Assembly (NCBI GenBank): GCA_965233585.1
Contig: CBDDTI010000745.1
Coordinates: forward strand, 416,001-480,000
DNA from: a bacterium
GTDB lineage: Bacteria; SAR324; NAC60-12
DNA: 64,000 nucleotides
Reading direction: 5' to 3'
The notes beneath the pieces were generated by a model that made no database searches, had not been told where the DNA came from, and saw nothing but the letters and a program-made list of their open reading frames with translations. A program made the translations under genes and the position numbers. This document shows positions 10,386 to 19,742 of this stretch, piece by piece (position 1 is the stretch's first letter; each line of letters begins with the position of its first letter).

Positions 10386-12206
10386 CTATTTCACGGTGAC
10401 TGATTTTGCTAAATTTCTAGGTTTGTCAATGTTTCTATTGAGCTTGACTGCCGTGTAATATGCAAAAAGTTGTGCAGCAATCAGTTGAAGTAAAGGAGCT
10501 AACCAAATATGAGTTTTAGGCAAAGTCATGTTCAAATCAACCGCCTGTTTAGCAACGTCATCACCCTCAAATGAAAGACCTATCACAAACCCTTGCCGTG
10601 CTTTGATTTGTTCAATGGCAATTAAAGACCTTTCCCATAGTTCAGATTGCTCTGGTGGTGGAATAAAAAACAGAGAATCAACAGACTGGTCAATCATGGC
10701 AAGCGTTCCATGCTTCAAAAACCCTGCTGACATGCCTTCTGCATGAATATAAGCGACCTCTTTCATTTTTAGAGCTGACTCCATAGCGATTGGGAAGTAA
10801 GCACCACAGCCTAGAAAAAAACAATGATGCTTGAGTTCCATTTCTGCAACAAGGCTTTGAATCGTCTGTGATTGTGTCTGAATCATGGATTGAATGAGAG
10901 AGGGAAATGATTTGAGTGCTTGATGAAAGGTGTCGTACTGTGCTTTTGCGTCTTCGTGCTGAATGACCTGCACTTCAAAGGCAGTTTTAAGCAGAATCAG
11001 CATTTGAGCCAATGCAGCTTTAGTAGAAAGGACACAAATTTCAGGACCAGAACCTTGCATGATGGTGAAGTCTGCAATTTGGCTGATGGTAGAACCCATG
11101 ACATTCACAATCGCCACTGTTGGAGTCTCGTGTAATTTAGCATATTCTAAGGCACAACGCGTGTCATAAGTTTCCCCTGATTGAGAAATCGCTAGTGCAA
11201 ATCCATCTTTTCCTAAAACTGCTAAACTTTCAAATTCATCAGCACTGACTGCCATCGCATGAGTTTTTGAAATTTGAGCCAAGCAATATTGTGCAAATTG
11301 TGCCACGTAGTGAGTTGTTCCAATTCCAACCAAATAACTGTTACGGGATTTTAGCAAAGAACGAGCTAACTTTTGAATGTCTTCTTGGGCAATTTGTAGC
11401 ACTTGCTCACAAGTTTCAGGTTGTTCAAAAATCTCTTTCAGCATGTAATGGTCATAGCCTCCCTTTTTGGTGGCTTGAGTCGTCCATTCCAAAGTCAAGA
11501 CTTCAGATAAAACTTGTTGTTGTGCTTGTAAGGTTTTTACACAATAGAAGTCACTTTTGACACAGGCATATTCTTGGTCACGCAAGATGACAGCTCGTTT
11601 AGTGTGTTCCAAAAAGGCGTTGGCATCAGAGGCAATGAAGTTTTGAGTCTCTCCTAATCCCAAAATAAGAGGGGATTTGTATTTTGCACAAAATAAAGTT
11701 TCAGGCTCGTAGAGGCTCATCATGCAAACAGCAAACGCTCCTTGCATTTGACAGACTGCATGGACAAATGCCTGTTCAACTGACTGAAGCCTTCGGTATT
11801 CACTGGAAATGAGATGTACAAAAACTTCAGAATCTGTTGAAGATTGAAACATAACTCCTTCTGCCTCTAGCTGATGACGTATGCTTTGATGATTGGAAAA
11901 GATGCCATTATGCACGATGGCAAAGTCTTGTTTTTCTGAAAGATGCGGGTGAGAGTTGGGACGATTAACCTTTCCATGTGTTGCCCAACGTGTGTGTGCA
12001 ATGCCAATATGCCCACTCATTGACAAAAAATCTTCCTTGACGTTGACCTCTCTCACTGTCCCTGTGTTCTTTCTTAAATCCATCTGATTTTGATTTAAAA
12101 TTGCCATGCCACAAGAATCATATCCTCTATACTCCAAACTTTTGAGAGCATTCAACAGGTGATTGGCAACAGACATTTGACCCACAATTCCACTAATTCC
12201 ACACAT
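10386..12206 (-). CDS. glmS: Glutamine--fructose-6-phosphate aminotransferase
   Basis: MCGISG, LEYRGYDS, AHTRWATHG, SQSGET and DKPRNLAKSVTV. Confidence 0.97.
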   Translation of the reverse strand: MCGISGIVGQMSVANHLLNALKSLEYRGYDSCGMAILNQNQMDLRKNTGTVREVNVKEDFLSMSGHIGIAHTRWATHGKVNRPNSHPHLSEKQDFAIVHNGIFSNHQSIRHQLEAEGVMFQSSTDSEVFVHLISSEYRRLQSVEQAFVHAVCQMQGAFAVCMMSLYEPETLFCAKYKSPLILGLGETQNFIASDANAFLEHTKRAVILRDQEYACVKSDFYCVKTLQAQQQVLSEVLTLEWTTQATKKGGYDHYMLKEIFEQPETCEQVLQIAQEDIQKLARSLLKSRNSYLVGIGTTHYVAQFAQYCLAQISKTHAMAVSADEFESLAVLGKDGFALAISQSGETYDTRCALEYAKLHETPTVAIVNVMGSTISQIADFTIMQGSGPEICVLSTKAALAQMLILLKTAFEVQVIQHEDAKAQYDTFHQALKSFPSLIQSMIQTQSQTIQSLVAEMELKHHCFFLGCGAYFPIAMESALKMKEVAYIHAEGMSAGFLKHGTLAMIDQSVDSLFFIPPPEQSELWERSLIAIEQIKARQGFVIGLSFEGDDVAKQAVDLNMTLPKTHIWLAPLLQLIAAQLFAYYTAVKLNRNIDKPRNLAKSVTVK

Positions 12207-12239
12207 AAAATAAGATTTAAAAAAGATTAAGAGAGAGAG

Positions 12240-12923
12240 TTATTTTGATTGTTTTAATTCAATGGCATCTAAAATCAGATGAAACACTTGATCAATTTTT
12301 TGATGATCAGTGTCCAGCTCAATCGCATCTGGTGCAGGAATAAGAGGAGCAAGGGAACGTTCTTGGTCTCGTTGATCTCGTTCTTGCATTTGTTTCAACA
12401 CCTCTTCATACTTTGCAAAATTGTTTTGTTCTTGAAGTTGTAGCAATCGTCTTTTTGCCCTGACTTCACCAGATGCTTTCAGGAAAAATTTACAAAAAGC
12501 ATCAGGAAAAATGACTGTTCCAATATCTCTACCCTCCAAAACAGCGCCTTGCTTGAGTCCTTCTTCTTCTGCGGCACTGACAAGTGACCTTTGCTGCAGT
12601 TTCATGTGTTCTCTTATTTCAGAAAAGCAACTAATCTGAGAAGCCAATTTTGAAATCTCCTCCGTGCGAATCGCTTGCGTAACATCAACCCCATTACAAA
12701 AAAAAGTTTGGTCTTGGAAGTGCAATTTGGTTTGACTTCCAATGTCTGACAACACTTGTGGTGTAGTCTCCAGATTTCGTTCCTTCCAAACATAAGCAAG
12801 GCAACGAAACATGGCGCCTGTGTCAACATAAAGGGAGTTTGTCTTGACTGCAATCATCTTGGCAAGGGTGCTTTTTCCTACCCCTGATGGTCCATCTATC
12901 GTAATAATTTGAAATGATTTCAT
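12240..12923 (-). CDS. cmk: Cytidylate kinase
   Basis: IDGPSGVGKST, DTGAMFR, EGRDIGTVIFPDA and RDQRD. Confidence 0.96.
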   Translation of the reverse strand: MKSFQIITIDGPSGVGKSTLAKMIAVKTNSLYVDTGAMFRCLAYVWKERNLETTPQVLSDIGSQTKLHFQDQTFFCNGVDVTQAIRTEEISKLASQISCFSEIREHMKLQQRSLVSAAEEEGLKQGAVLEGRDIGTVIFPDAFCKFFLKASGEVRAKRRLLQLQEQNNFAKYEEVLKQMQERDQRDQERSLAPLIPAPDAIELDTDHQKIDQVFHLILDAIELKQSK

Positions 12924-15454
12924 TTTTGGTTTAGAGAGTGTGTGAGCTTTTCAATCGCCTCTTGTTCTTTAGGTTTTTTAAGTTGTTGGTAGGCGAATTT
13001 GATTTTTTCAAAAATTTTCTTCTTCTCTGGTTGAGGCATTTTTGGGTTGAGATAGATCAACCTCAAGTAAGAGGCAATCGCTGTTTCATACTCTTTGCTT
13101 TGGAACGCCTGTGAGCCTTTTTCTCTAAAAAAAACAAGAGGTGGTTCCGTGTCAAGTGTCTGCAATGCTGTTTGAAGAGACTTTTGAGACTGTTTAAATT
13201 GCCTCATCGCAGTTTGTTCATGGGCTAGTTGAATATTCAAAGCCACTCGTTTTTGTTTGGAAATTTTGGGAGATTTAAGGAAAAACTGATACGCCTGAAT
13301 GAGATTGTTTCGTGTACGTTGCAGCTTTTTAGCCTCCTTTTTGGGGTTATAATGTGACGTCATCAACAACAAAATTTCAAGATATTGTTCATCATAAATT
13401 TGAATGGACTCAAACGATTCAGCATGTTGAATAAATTTAGATTTTAATTGGAGTTGGTTGGCAAGAGATGCGATGTGATAATAACAGATTCTACGATTTT
13501 CAGCGACTGCATAATTTAAAGCATTTTCATAGTATTTCAAAGCATCTTGTTTGTTTTGCAGAGTCAATGCCGTAGATGCCCGTTTCATCAAAATCCATTC
13601 TTTCTGTCTTGGAGTCAGTCGTACTTTTAACATTTGACTACTGGTGCTAATCAGGGTCTCAAGTTGCTTTTTTTGCTCAAGAGCATCAAGTTGCATTCTC
13701 ATCACAGGATACTGTTTGCGGTGTCCAAATTGTTCTATGAGAGAAAGCGCATTGTCCCAGTCTTTTAAAGCCATGGACGACTGCATCCACAATTCTAAAT
13801 GATAGTTTGAAACAGGGTTTTGAGGGTAGTCTTGATGCCACTTTTCAAACAACTTTTTAGAGGTCATATAATCTCTTTGAACAAAGGCAATTTGTGCAAG
13901 TCTATAATAACTTTCATCAATGTACCTGGAGTCTGGGTAACGTTTTATTAAATTCTGAAAAGACCTGTGAGCATTAGAAAAACGATATTGAGACAAGTAA
14001 AATTGACCTAGAAAAAATTGCTTGTCATCACCTCTTTCGCTAGAAGGAGACACTTGATGAAAAGCGAGTCGGTAGAGTTTTTGATGTAATTGATAATGCG
14101 TGACTCCTAACCAGAAAAAAAACTCAGAACTCTGTTCTAACTCCGAAAAGTCTGCAACTAGACGTTGTAAAAATTGAGACGCCTCTTTGATTTTTTTCTG
14201 CTTCAATCTCAAGGCTGCTTGATTAAAGAGCGCTGCTCCTGCTATTGATTTTTGATTTGATGAGCCAATAGCCATATTGTATAAATCAAAAGCAAGTCGT
14301 TGTTTGTTTAACTCTTCATAGGCAATACCTTGCAGTAAATAGTGTTCGCTTAAAAAGAAGTATTGAGGAAGAATTGGGGGATCAAATTGTGCTAGAAAAG
14401 AAAAATTTTTTTGCAAAAAAGCAGCTTTTGCAAGATTGATTGTTTCAGTTCCTGACGTCTCTGGTGGTAGTTGTTTTAAAAGCTGATGCGCTTGTTGAAT
14501 CTGATTTTGAATCAAAGCGAGATAAAACTCTGCCTGAATCAGCAAAAGAGGATTATTTAAACCCCTCTGTTGAAGCATTTGAAAATGTCTAGTCGCTGTT
14601 TTCCAATTTTTATCAAGAAGCTCCAACCAAAACTGGACAACAAAAACTTTCTCCATTTCTGGGTAATTGTAGAGGGTATGTTGGTAGTCTTGGACAAGGC
14701 GAACCACAATCTGTTTGTCTCTTTTTAAAAAGCTGATTTCTGCAATCCAGCCAATAATTGAAACAATATGAGGAGACCTTGGGAATTGTCTTTGAATGCT
14801 TGCAAAAACCTGAAGAGTTTGCTCATAATTTTTTTGACTCATGTAAGTATATGCTTTGAGATACAAAATGCTTTCAATAAATTCTGGCTTTTTAAAATGC
14901 TTTTGGTAGTCTTCAATAGACTGGGTTGCAAGGTTCAACTTTCTACGTTTGACAAGAATCCAAACAAGTGCGTATGCACTTCGTGCAGCATAATCAGTTT
15001 CCATGTTTTGACCTACTGCTTGTTTAAAGTAATTCCTAGCTCTTGTGAGCTGTTTTTGTTCTAACCAAGTTCGTCCAATCCAATAAAGCGAGGCTTGCAC
15101 GATTCTTGGGTCATCTTCACTTTCTAAAATAGCTTTTTCAAATTGGGCAACACTACCCTCAAAATCTCTTGCTTCGTAACGTTTGACTCCCTCAAAAAAG
15201 TAATCCTTTGCATCAACCCAAAAGCTAGGAAAAGACCAATCTTTTGGGACAGGATGTTGATATTGCTCAAAAGGGGGAATTTGTTGAGATTCCAATTCAA
15301 ATGGTTTGGGAATCTGAATGTTCACGTTTTTAGGATAGGGAATTTGAAGATCATAATTGCCTAATTCTGTTGAAATCTCTTGGGGGTATGCAAAAGTCCC
15401 CACTATGACTAAGAAAAATGTGAAGAAGAGTTGCTGACTAAATTTTTGGATCAT
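12920..15454 (-). CDS. Exported tetratricopeptide-repeat protein
   Basis: 844-aa ORF with a signal-like N-terminus and repeated TPR-like helices (e.g. FQNLIKRYPDSRYIDESYYRLA). Confidence 0.8.
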   Translation of the reverse strand: MIQKFSQQLFFTFFLVIVGTFAYPQEISTELGNYDLQIPYPKNVNIQIPKPFELESQQIPPFEQYQHPVPKDWSFPSFWVDAKDYFFEGVKRYEARDFEGSVAQFEKAILESEDDPRIVQASLYWIGRTWLEQKQLTRARNYFKQAVGQNMETDYAARSAYALVWILVKRRKLNLATQSIEDYQKHFKKPEFIESILYLKAYTYMSQKNYEQTLQVFASIQRQFPRSPHIVSIIGWIAEISFLKRDKQIVVRLVQDYQHTLYNYPEMEKVFVVQFWLELLDKNWKTATRHFQMLQQRGLNNPLLLIQAEFYLALIQNQIQQAHQLLKQLPPETSGTETINLAKAAFLQKNFSFLAQFDPPILPQYFFLSEHYLLQGIAYEELNKQRLAFDLYNMAIGSSNQKSIAGAALFNQAALRLKQKKIKEASQFLQRLVADFSELEQSSEFFFWLGVTHYQLHQKLYRLAFHQVSPSSERGDDKQFFLGQFYLSQYRFSNAHRSFQNLIKRYPDSRYIDESYYRLAQIAFVQRDYMTSKKLFEKWHQDYPQNPVSNYHLELWMQSSMALKDWDNALSLIEQFGHRKQYPVMRMQLDALEQKKQLETLISTSSQMLKVRLTPRQKEWILMKRASTALTLQNKQDALKYYENALNYAVAENRRICYYHIASLANQLQLKSKFIQHAESFESIQIYDEQYLEILLLMTSHYNPKKEAKKLQRTRNNLIQAYQFFLKSPKISKQKRVALNIQLAHEQTAMRQFKQSQKSLQTALQTLDTEPPLVFFREKGSQAFQSKEYETAIASYLRLIYLNPKMPQPEKKKIFEKIKFAYQQLKKPKEQEAIEKLTHSLNQK

Positions 15455-15484
15455 TGGTTTAACTAATTGGTTTAATTAAAAGAG

Positions 15485-15513
15485 TTTAAGAGGTTGCTAA
15501 ATGTTGCTAGAAT
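15485..15513 (+). promoter_or_regulatory. Putative sigma70 promoter for dapF
   Basis: TTTAAG-17 bp-TAGAAT with extended -10 TG. Confidence 0.4.
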
Positions 15514-15620
15514 GCAAGTTTGGAAATTTTTTGAAGACCCGTTTTTTCGGTTCTTATCATTTTTCGTCAATCATTTTTGGTGATATGACAACTTTTTAAC
15601 AAACTTTTTGAAAAAGACAG

Positions 15621-16625
15621 ATGCAGATTAATTTTACTAAATGTCATGGTTCTGGCAATGATTTTGTGTTGTTAGACAATGATTTAATTGCAAAAACTTG
15701 GAAAATTGAACAGATCAGTGATTTTGCAAAAAAGGTTTGCCAAAGAACCAGTCTTGTCGGTGCAGATAGCTTAATTTTGATAGAAAGTGATGCCCAATAT
15801 GACGCCCAAATGACTGCCTATAATGCTGATGGAACACCTGCTGAAATGTGCGGAAATGCGTTGCGTTGTGTAGCCAGAAAGTTAATGGAATCCCAACCTC
15901 ATGTTAACTCTTTTCAAGTTAAGATTAGCGATGGAACAGTTTTAAATTGCTGGAAAGATACAATGCTAGCAGACAAGGTTGTGACAATGGGAGTTGAAAT
16001 AGGCAAGGCATCTTTAAACATGGTCAAATGGTTGCCAACATTGATGCAAGAACATGAAGTCTTTCTAAATCAACAAATAGAGATGCTTGATACACAACAA
16101 ACCTTTAGTGCCGTTGCCATTCCAAATCCTCACTTAGTTGCATTTGTAGAAGAAATAGATCAAAAAAAGTTGTCTCAATGGGGTCAGACAGTCTCTGCAA
16201 ACTCTGAAGTTTTCCCTTATGGACTCAATGTCAGCATGGCATCATTGATTGATGCAAACACCATGTTTGTTTTAACTTATGAACGGGGGTGCGGCATCAC
16301 AGCCGCATGCGGTACTGCCATTTCTTCAAGTTGTTATTTGGGAATCCTCCATCAGTTTTTTAGTGAAGGGGAAAAAATCACGGTACATACTCCCGGTGGC
16401 GTCGCAAGTTGCATTGTTCCCTCAATCAAAAAAGGCATCATTCAGTTTTCTGGTAACGCTACTTTTGAGTATCATGCAACCTTAGAATATGACCATCAAA
16501 ATCAGGTTTGTTCAAACCTAAGAAAGTTGCAAGAGTTCAAGACCGAACAAATGGCTTTTGAACACTTTTTGAAGCAAAGACCTTCTGCCGTTTTGGATAT
16601 TCTAAACAACGAAAAAAAGCATTGA
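15621..16625 (+). CDS. dapF: Diaminopimelate epimerase
   Basis: KCHGSGNDF, NADG..EMCGNALRC, NPH and ERGCGITAACGT. Confidence 0.95.
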   Translation: MQINFTKCHGSGNDFVLLDNDLIAKTWKIEQISDFAKKVCQRTSLVGADSLILIESDAQYDAQMTAYNADGTPAEMCGNALRCVARKLMESQPHVNSFQVKISDGTVLNCWKDTMLADKVVTMGVEIGKASLNMVKWLPTLMQEHEVFLNQQIEMLDTQQTFSAVAIPNPHLVAFVEEIDQKKLSQWGQTVSANSEVFPYGLNVSMASLIDANTMFVLTYERGCGITAACGTAISSSCYLGILHQFFSEGEKITVHTPGGVASCIVPSIKKGIIQFSGNATFEYHATLEYDHQNQVCSNLRKLQEFKTEQMAFEHFLKQRPSAVLDILNNEKKH

Positions 16626-16702
16626 TTATCGCTAATTGATGCTAATTGACCTTTCTTAAAAGACCGACTTTTTCGGGGTGCAAACCCTAAGTGTTTTCTT
16701 CT

Positions 16703-18280
16703 TTATAATTTAACAGAATGAATCAAAAGGATTCCTGTTTGTTTCTGAAGTGTTTCAATCACTTGGGGTGCAATGGGTTCATCAATGCCAATCAAAGCCA
16801 TAGCTTTACCTCCTTTGGTGTTTCTTGAAAGGTCAAAACGAGCGATGTTGACGTTCTGATTGCCAAGAGCTGTGCCAATGCTACCGATGACTCCCGGTAT
16901 GTCTCGGTTCACTAAAACAATGAGATTTCCAAAGGCTTCCATCTCAAATCTAAAATCATTGAGCAAGGTAATCCTTTGGTCTATGCCCCCAAGAATCCCA
17001 CCACCAATCACCAATGAATGAGAATCATCATGGAGTTTGAAAGAAAGAACAGTTTTGTAAGATTCGTGTTTGGCAACAACATGACTGCTGATATTCACCC
17101 CAGCATTTTTAGCAATTTGTAGAGCATTGACATAGCTAACGTCATGTGTTTTTTGGAAAAACCCTTTAAGAAAAGCTAATTTCAACAGCATGTCGTCTTC
17201 TTGAGCAAGGACTCCAGAACGTTGGATGAATAATTTTTGAGGTCTAAAATGGAACAACTGGCAGGCAAAGCGTCCTAATTTTTCTGCAAGAGAAGTATAT
17301 TGAGCCACCTGAGAACTCACAGACTGAATGAGGGGCATATTGACAGGGTGATCTACTACTTGACCACGCAATGCTAAAGGGACTTGTTTGGAGATGCTTG
17401 ATGCAATTTTGATTTGGGCTTCCTTCGTTGATGCTCCAATATGAGGAGACATCACCACTTGTTCTAATTTTTGCAAAGGATTCTCTTTCAATGGTTCGTC
17501 TTCCCACGTGTCTATTCCAGCAGCTGCAATCATTCCTGAAACAAGCGCTTGGTATAAATCTGACTCTACAACGATGCCACCACGTGCGGCATTGATGACA
17601 ATCGCACAGGGCTTCATCTGCTCAAAACTTTTTGCATCAATCATTCCTATTGTCTCCTCTGTTTTTGTCGCATGAATGCTAATAAAATCCGATTGTTGTA
17701 GCAGTTTTTCAAGGCAGACAGACTCCACATTTCTATTGACGAAGGCTTCATCAGAGATATAAGGGTCATAAGCCATAACATTCATATCAAAGCCTTGAGC
17801 AAACTTGGCAACGCGAGACCCTACTGTTCCCAGCCCAATGATGCCAAGAGTCTTTTGTTGAAGTTCCAAACCCACAAAAAGATGCCTGTTCCATTTTCCA
17901 TTTGCAGTAGAATGATGAGCAGGAATTAACTTTCTGGCAGCTGCCAAAAGCAGAGCAAAAGTCAACTCTGCTGCAGAGTTCGTATTTTGTGCAGGAGTGT
18001 TCAAGACAAGAATCCCTTTTTGTGTGGCATATTGAATGTCAATGTTATCTACACCAACAGCGGCACGGGCAATCACTTTCAGCTTTGATGCCTTATCAAT
18101 CAATTCTTTTGAAATGGGTGTTTCAGAGCGTGTGATGATGCAATGATACTGGTGAATCACTTCAAGAATTTTATTGGGGTCAAGTTCAGGCAAGAAATCA
18201 ACAGCAAGGTCTGGTTCTTGTTTCAGTGCATCAATCCCAGAGTCATGGATTGTCCCAGTAATCAAAATACGAAATGTCAT
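16703..18280 (-). CDS. serA: D-3-phosphoglycerate dehydrogenase (long form with ACT domain)
   Basis: RAAVGVDNID, GLGTVG, INAARGG, SPHIGASTKEAQ and C-terminal ACT (DIPGVIG). Confidence 0.95.
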   Translation of the reverse strand: MTFRILITGTIHDSGIDALKQEPDLAVDFLPELDPNKILEVIHQYHCIITRSETPISKELIDKASKLKVIARAAVGVDNIDIQYATQKGILVLNTPAQNTNSAAELTFALLLAAARKLIPAHHSTANGKWNRHLFVGLELQQKTLGIIGLGTVGSRVAKFAQGFDMNVMAYDPYISDEAFVNRNVESVCLEKLLQQSDFISIHATKTEETIGMIDAKSFEQMKPCAIVINAARGGIVVESDLYQALVSGMIAAAGIDTWEDEPLKENPLQKLEQVVMSPHIGASTKEAQIKIASSISKQVPLALRGQVVDHPVNMPLIQSVSSQVAQYTSLAEKLGRFACQLFHFRPQKLFIQRSGVLAQEDDMLLKLAFLKGFFQKTHDVSYVNALQIAKNAGVNISSHVVAKHESYKTVLSFKLHDDSHSLVIGGGILGGIDQRITLLNDFRFEMEAFGNLIVLVNRDIPGVIGSIGTALGNQNVNIARFDLSRNTKGGKAMALIGIDEPIAPQVIETLQKQTGILLIHSVKL

Positions 18281-18551
18281 GGTCTTTTTAGATAGTTATT
18301 TTTTGTGATAATTGTTTTTTATGAGGGTTGGAAGTGTTTGACCAGAAAAGACCCCATCTTTTTTGTCAAAAACCCCGAGTTATTTGAGTTTTAGGCAAAA
18401 GTATCAGGAAAACAAAAACTTATTCTAGCATAGTTTTTTGTCATCTGTGATTCTGTGCTGTGTCATTTCATTTTAATCCAGATTTGTGTTAACTTATCTC
18501 AAAGACACACTTGCTCAAAATCATCTCTCCAAACTTTTTTGACTGGTAAGC

Positions 18552-19733
18552 ATGCAAGAATTATTGAGATTTTCTGTTGTAAGCAGTACTGATGAAGAGA
18601 AAAGGACTTTGATAAGTCGTCTGGTTTGTGAAAGCAACTTGCTGATGCAAAGATTGGTTGGCAAAAAGCATACAAAAAAGGCATCTGATCTTAAAAAATC
18701 TTCAATCGCTAATGACAAACCTTCATTGGATTCTGTGCATCTCCACTTCCAAACACCCAATCGCCAATTTACAATGATAGATTTTCTGCATGAGTCGCAA
18801 AATATTAATCATTTGGTTATGAATGCCTCGCATTATGATTTGGTAGTCATCTTGCTTGATGCCCAAAAAATTCCTTCAGAAGACACTTTAAGATACTTTC
18901 ATCTTGCCCAATTTTTAGGACTTGCAAACATTGTCATCTGTGTCAACCAAATAGACCAAACTGGGTACTCTCAACAAGCATTTGATGCCGTCAAAGCTCA
19001 ACTTTTTGTTGAATCTGCTGAAACAAAAGACAACATGCCTGCATTCATTCCTATTTCCACACTCAAAGGAGATAACCTTGCAGAACCTTCCAAAAAAATG
19101 TCATGGTATCAAGGCGACTCACTTTTAAGGCATCTTGAAGAAGTCACCCTACCCCAAAGGCAACATGCCACCCGCTTTGCCATACAGCTAGCTTTGCAAG
19201 GTAGATATGTTGGAAACTTGCTACAAGGTCAACTGAATGTAGGTGAGCAGGTTGGTTTAGGATTGTCTGGAACTCGTACCACCATACAATCCATAGAACG
19301 TAGCGGGCAAGAGGTTTCTTCACTTCAAGCAGGGCAAAGTGCTATTTTGACTTTGTCTGAAACATTTGACCTCAAATGTGGTGATTGGATTTATCGCAAC
19401 CCCACACCTATTTTTGAAAATTATTTTTGTGCCAATTTGTATTGGCAAGGCAGCAATCCTTTTCAAGAGGGTCAACAGTTTGAACTGCGTCAAGGTTGTC
19501 TGAAAACTGTTTGCCGTGTAGATGAATTGATAGGCGTCATTAAAATTAGAAATGGTAGATTAGTGGTGTCTGACCAAAAAAAAGTAGAAGTCAATGACCT
19601 GTTGCAAGCCTCATTGATTGTGGCTGACCCCATCTTATTAGAAGATTACCGAGCTTCCAAAGAACTGGGCATGCTGAGGTTAATTGACGAAAAGACAGGC
19701 TTGACCTGTGCAATAGGAATGCTTGAAGCATAG
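18552..19733 (+). CDS. CysN/EF-Tu-like protein with degenerate GTPase motifs
   Basis: LLRF...TLISRL start, IPISTLKGDN, MSWYQGDSLL..LE and C-terminal LIDEKTGLTCAIGM match CysN architecture, but G1, G3 and G4 are substituted. Confidence 0.75.
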   Translation: MQELLRFSVVSSTDEEKRTLISRLVCESNLLMQRLVGKKHTKKASDLKKSSIANDKPSLDSVHLHFQTPNRQFTMIDFLHESQNINHLVMNASHYDLVVILLDAQKIPSEDTLRYFHLAQFLGLANIVICVNQIDQTGYSQQAFDAVKAQLFVESAETKDNMPAFIPISTLKGDNLAEPSKKMSWYQGDSLLRHLEEVTLPQRQHATRFAIQLALQGRYVGNLLQGQLNVGEQVGLGLSGTRTTIQSIERSGQEVSSLQAGQSAILTLSETFDLKCGDWIYRNPTPIFENYFCANLYWQGSNPFQEGQQFELRQGCLKTVCRVDELIGVIKIRNGRLVVSDQKKVEVNDLLQASLIVADPILLEDYRASKELGMLRLIDEKTGLTCAIGMLEA

Positions 19734-19742
19734 CAATCATTT

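Noticed and set aside
12207..12239. glmS ribozyme
   Set aside because: Only 33 bp separate cmk and glmS, too short for the ribozyme.
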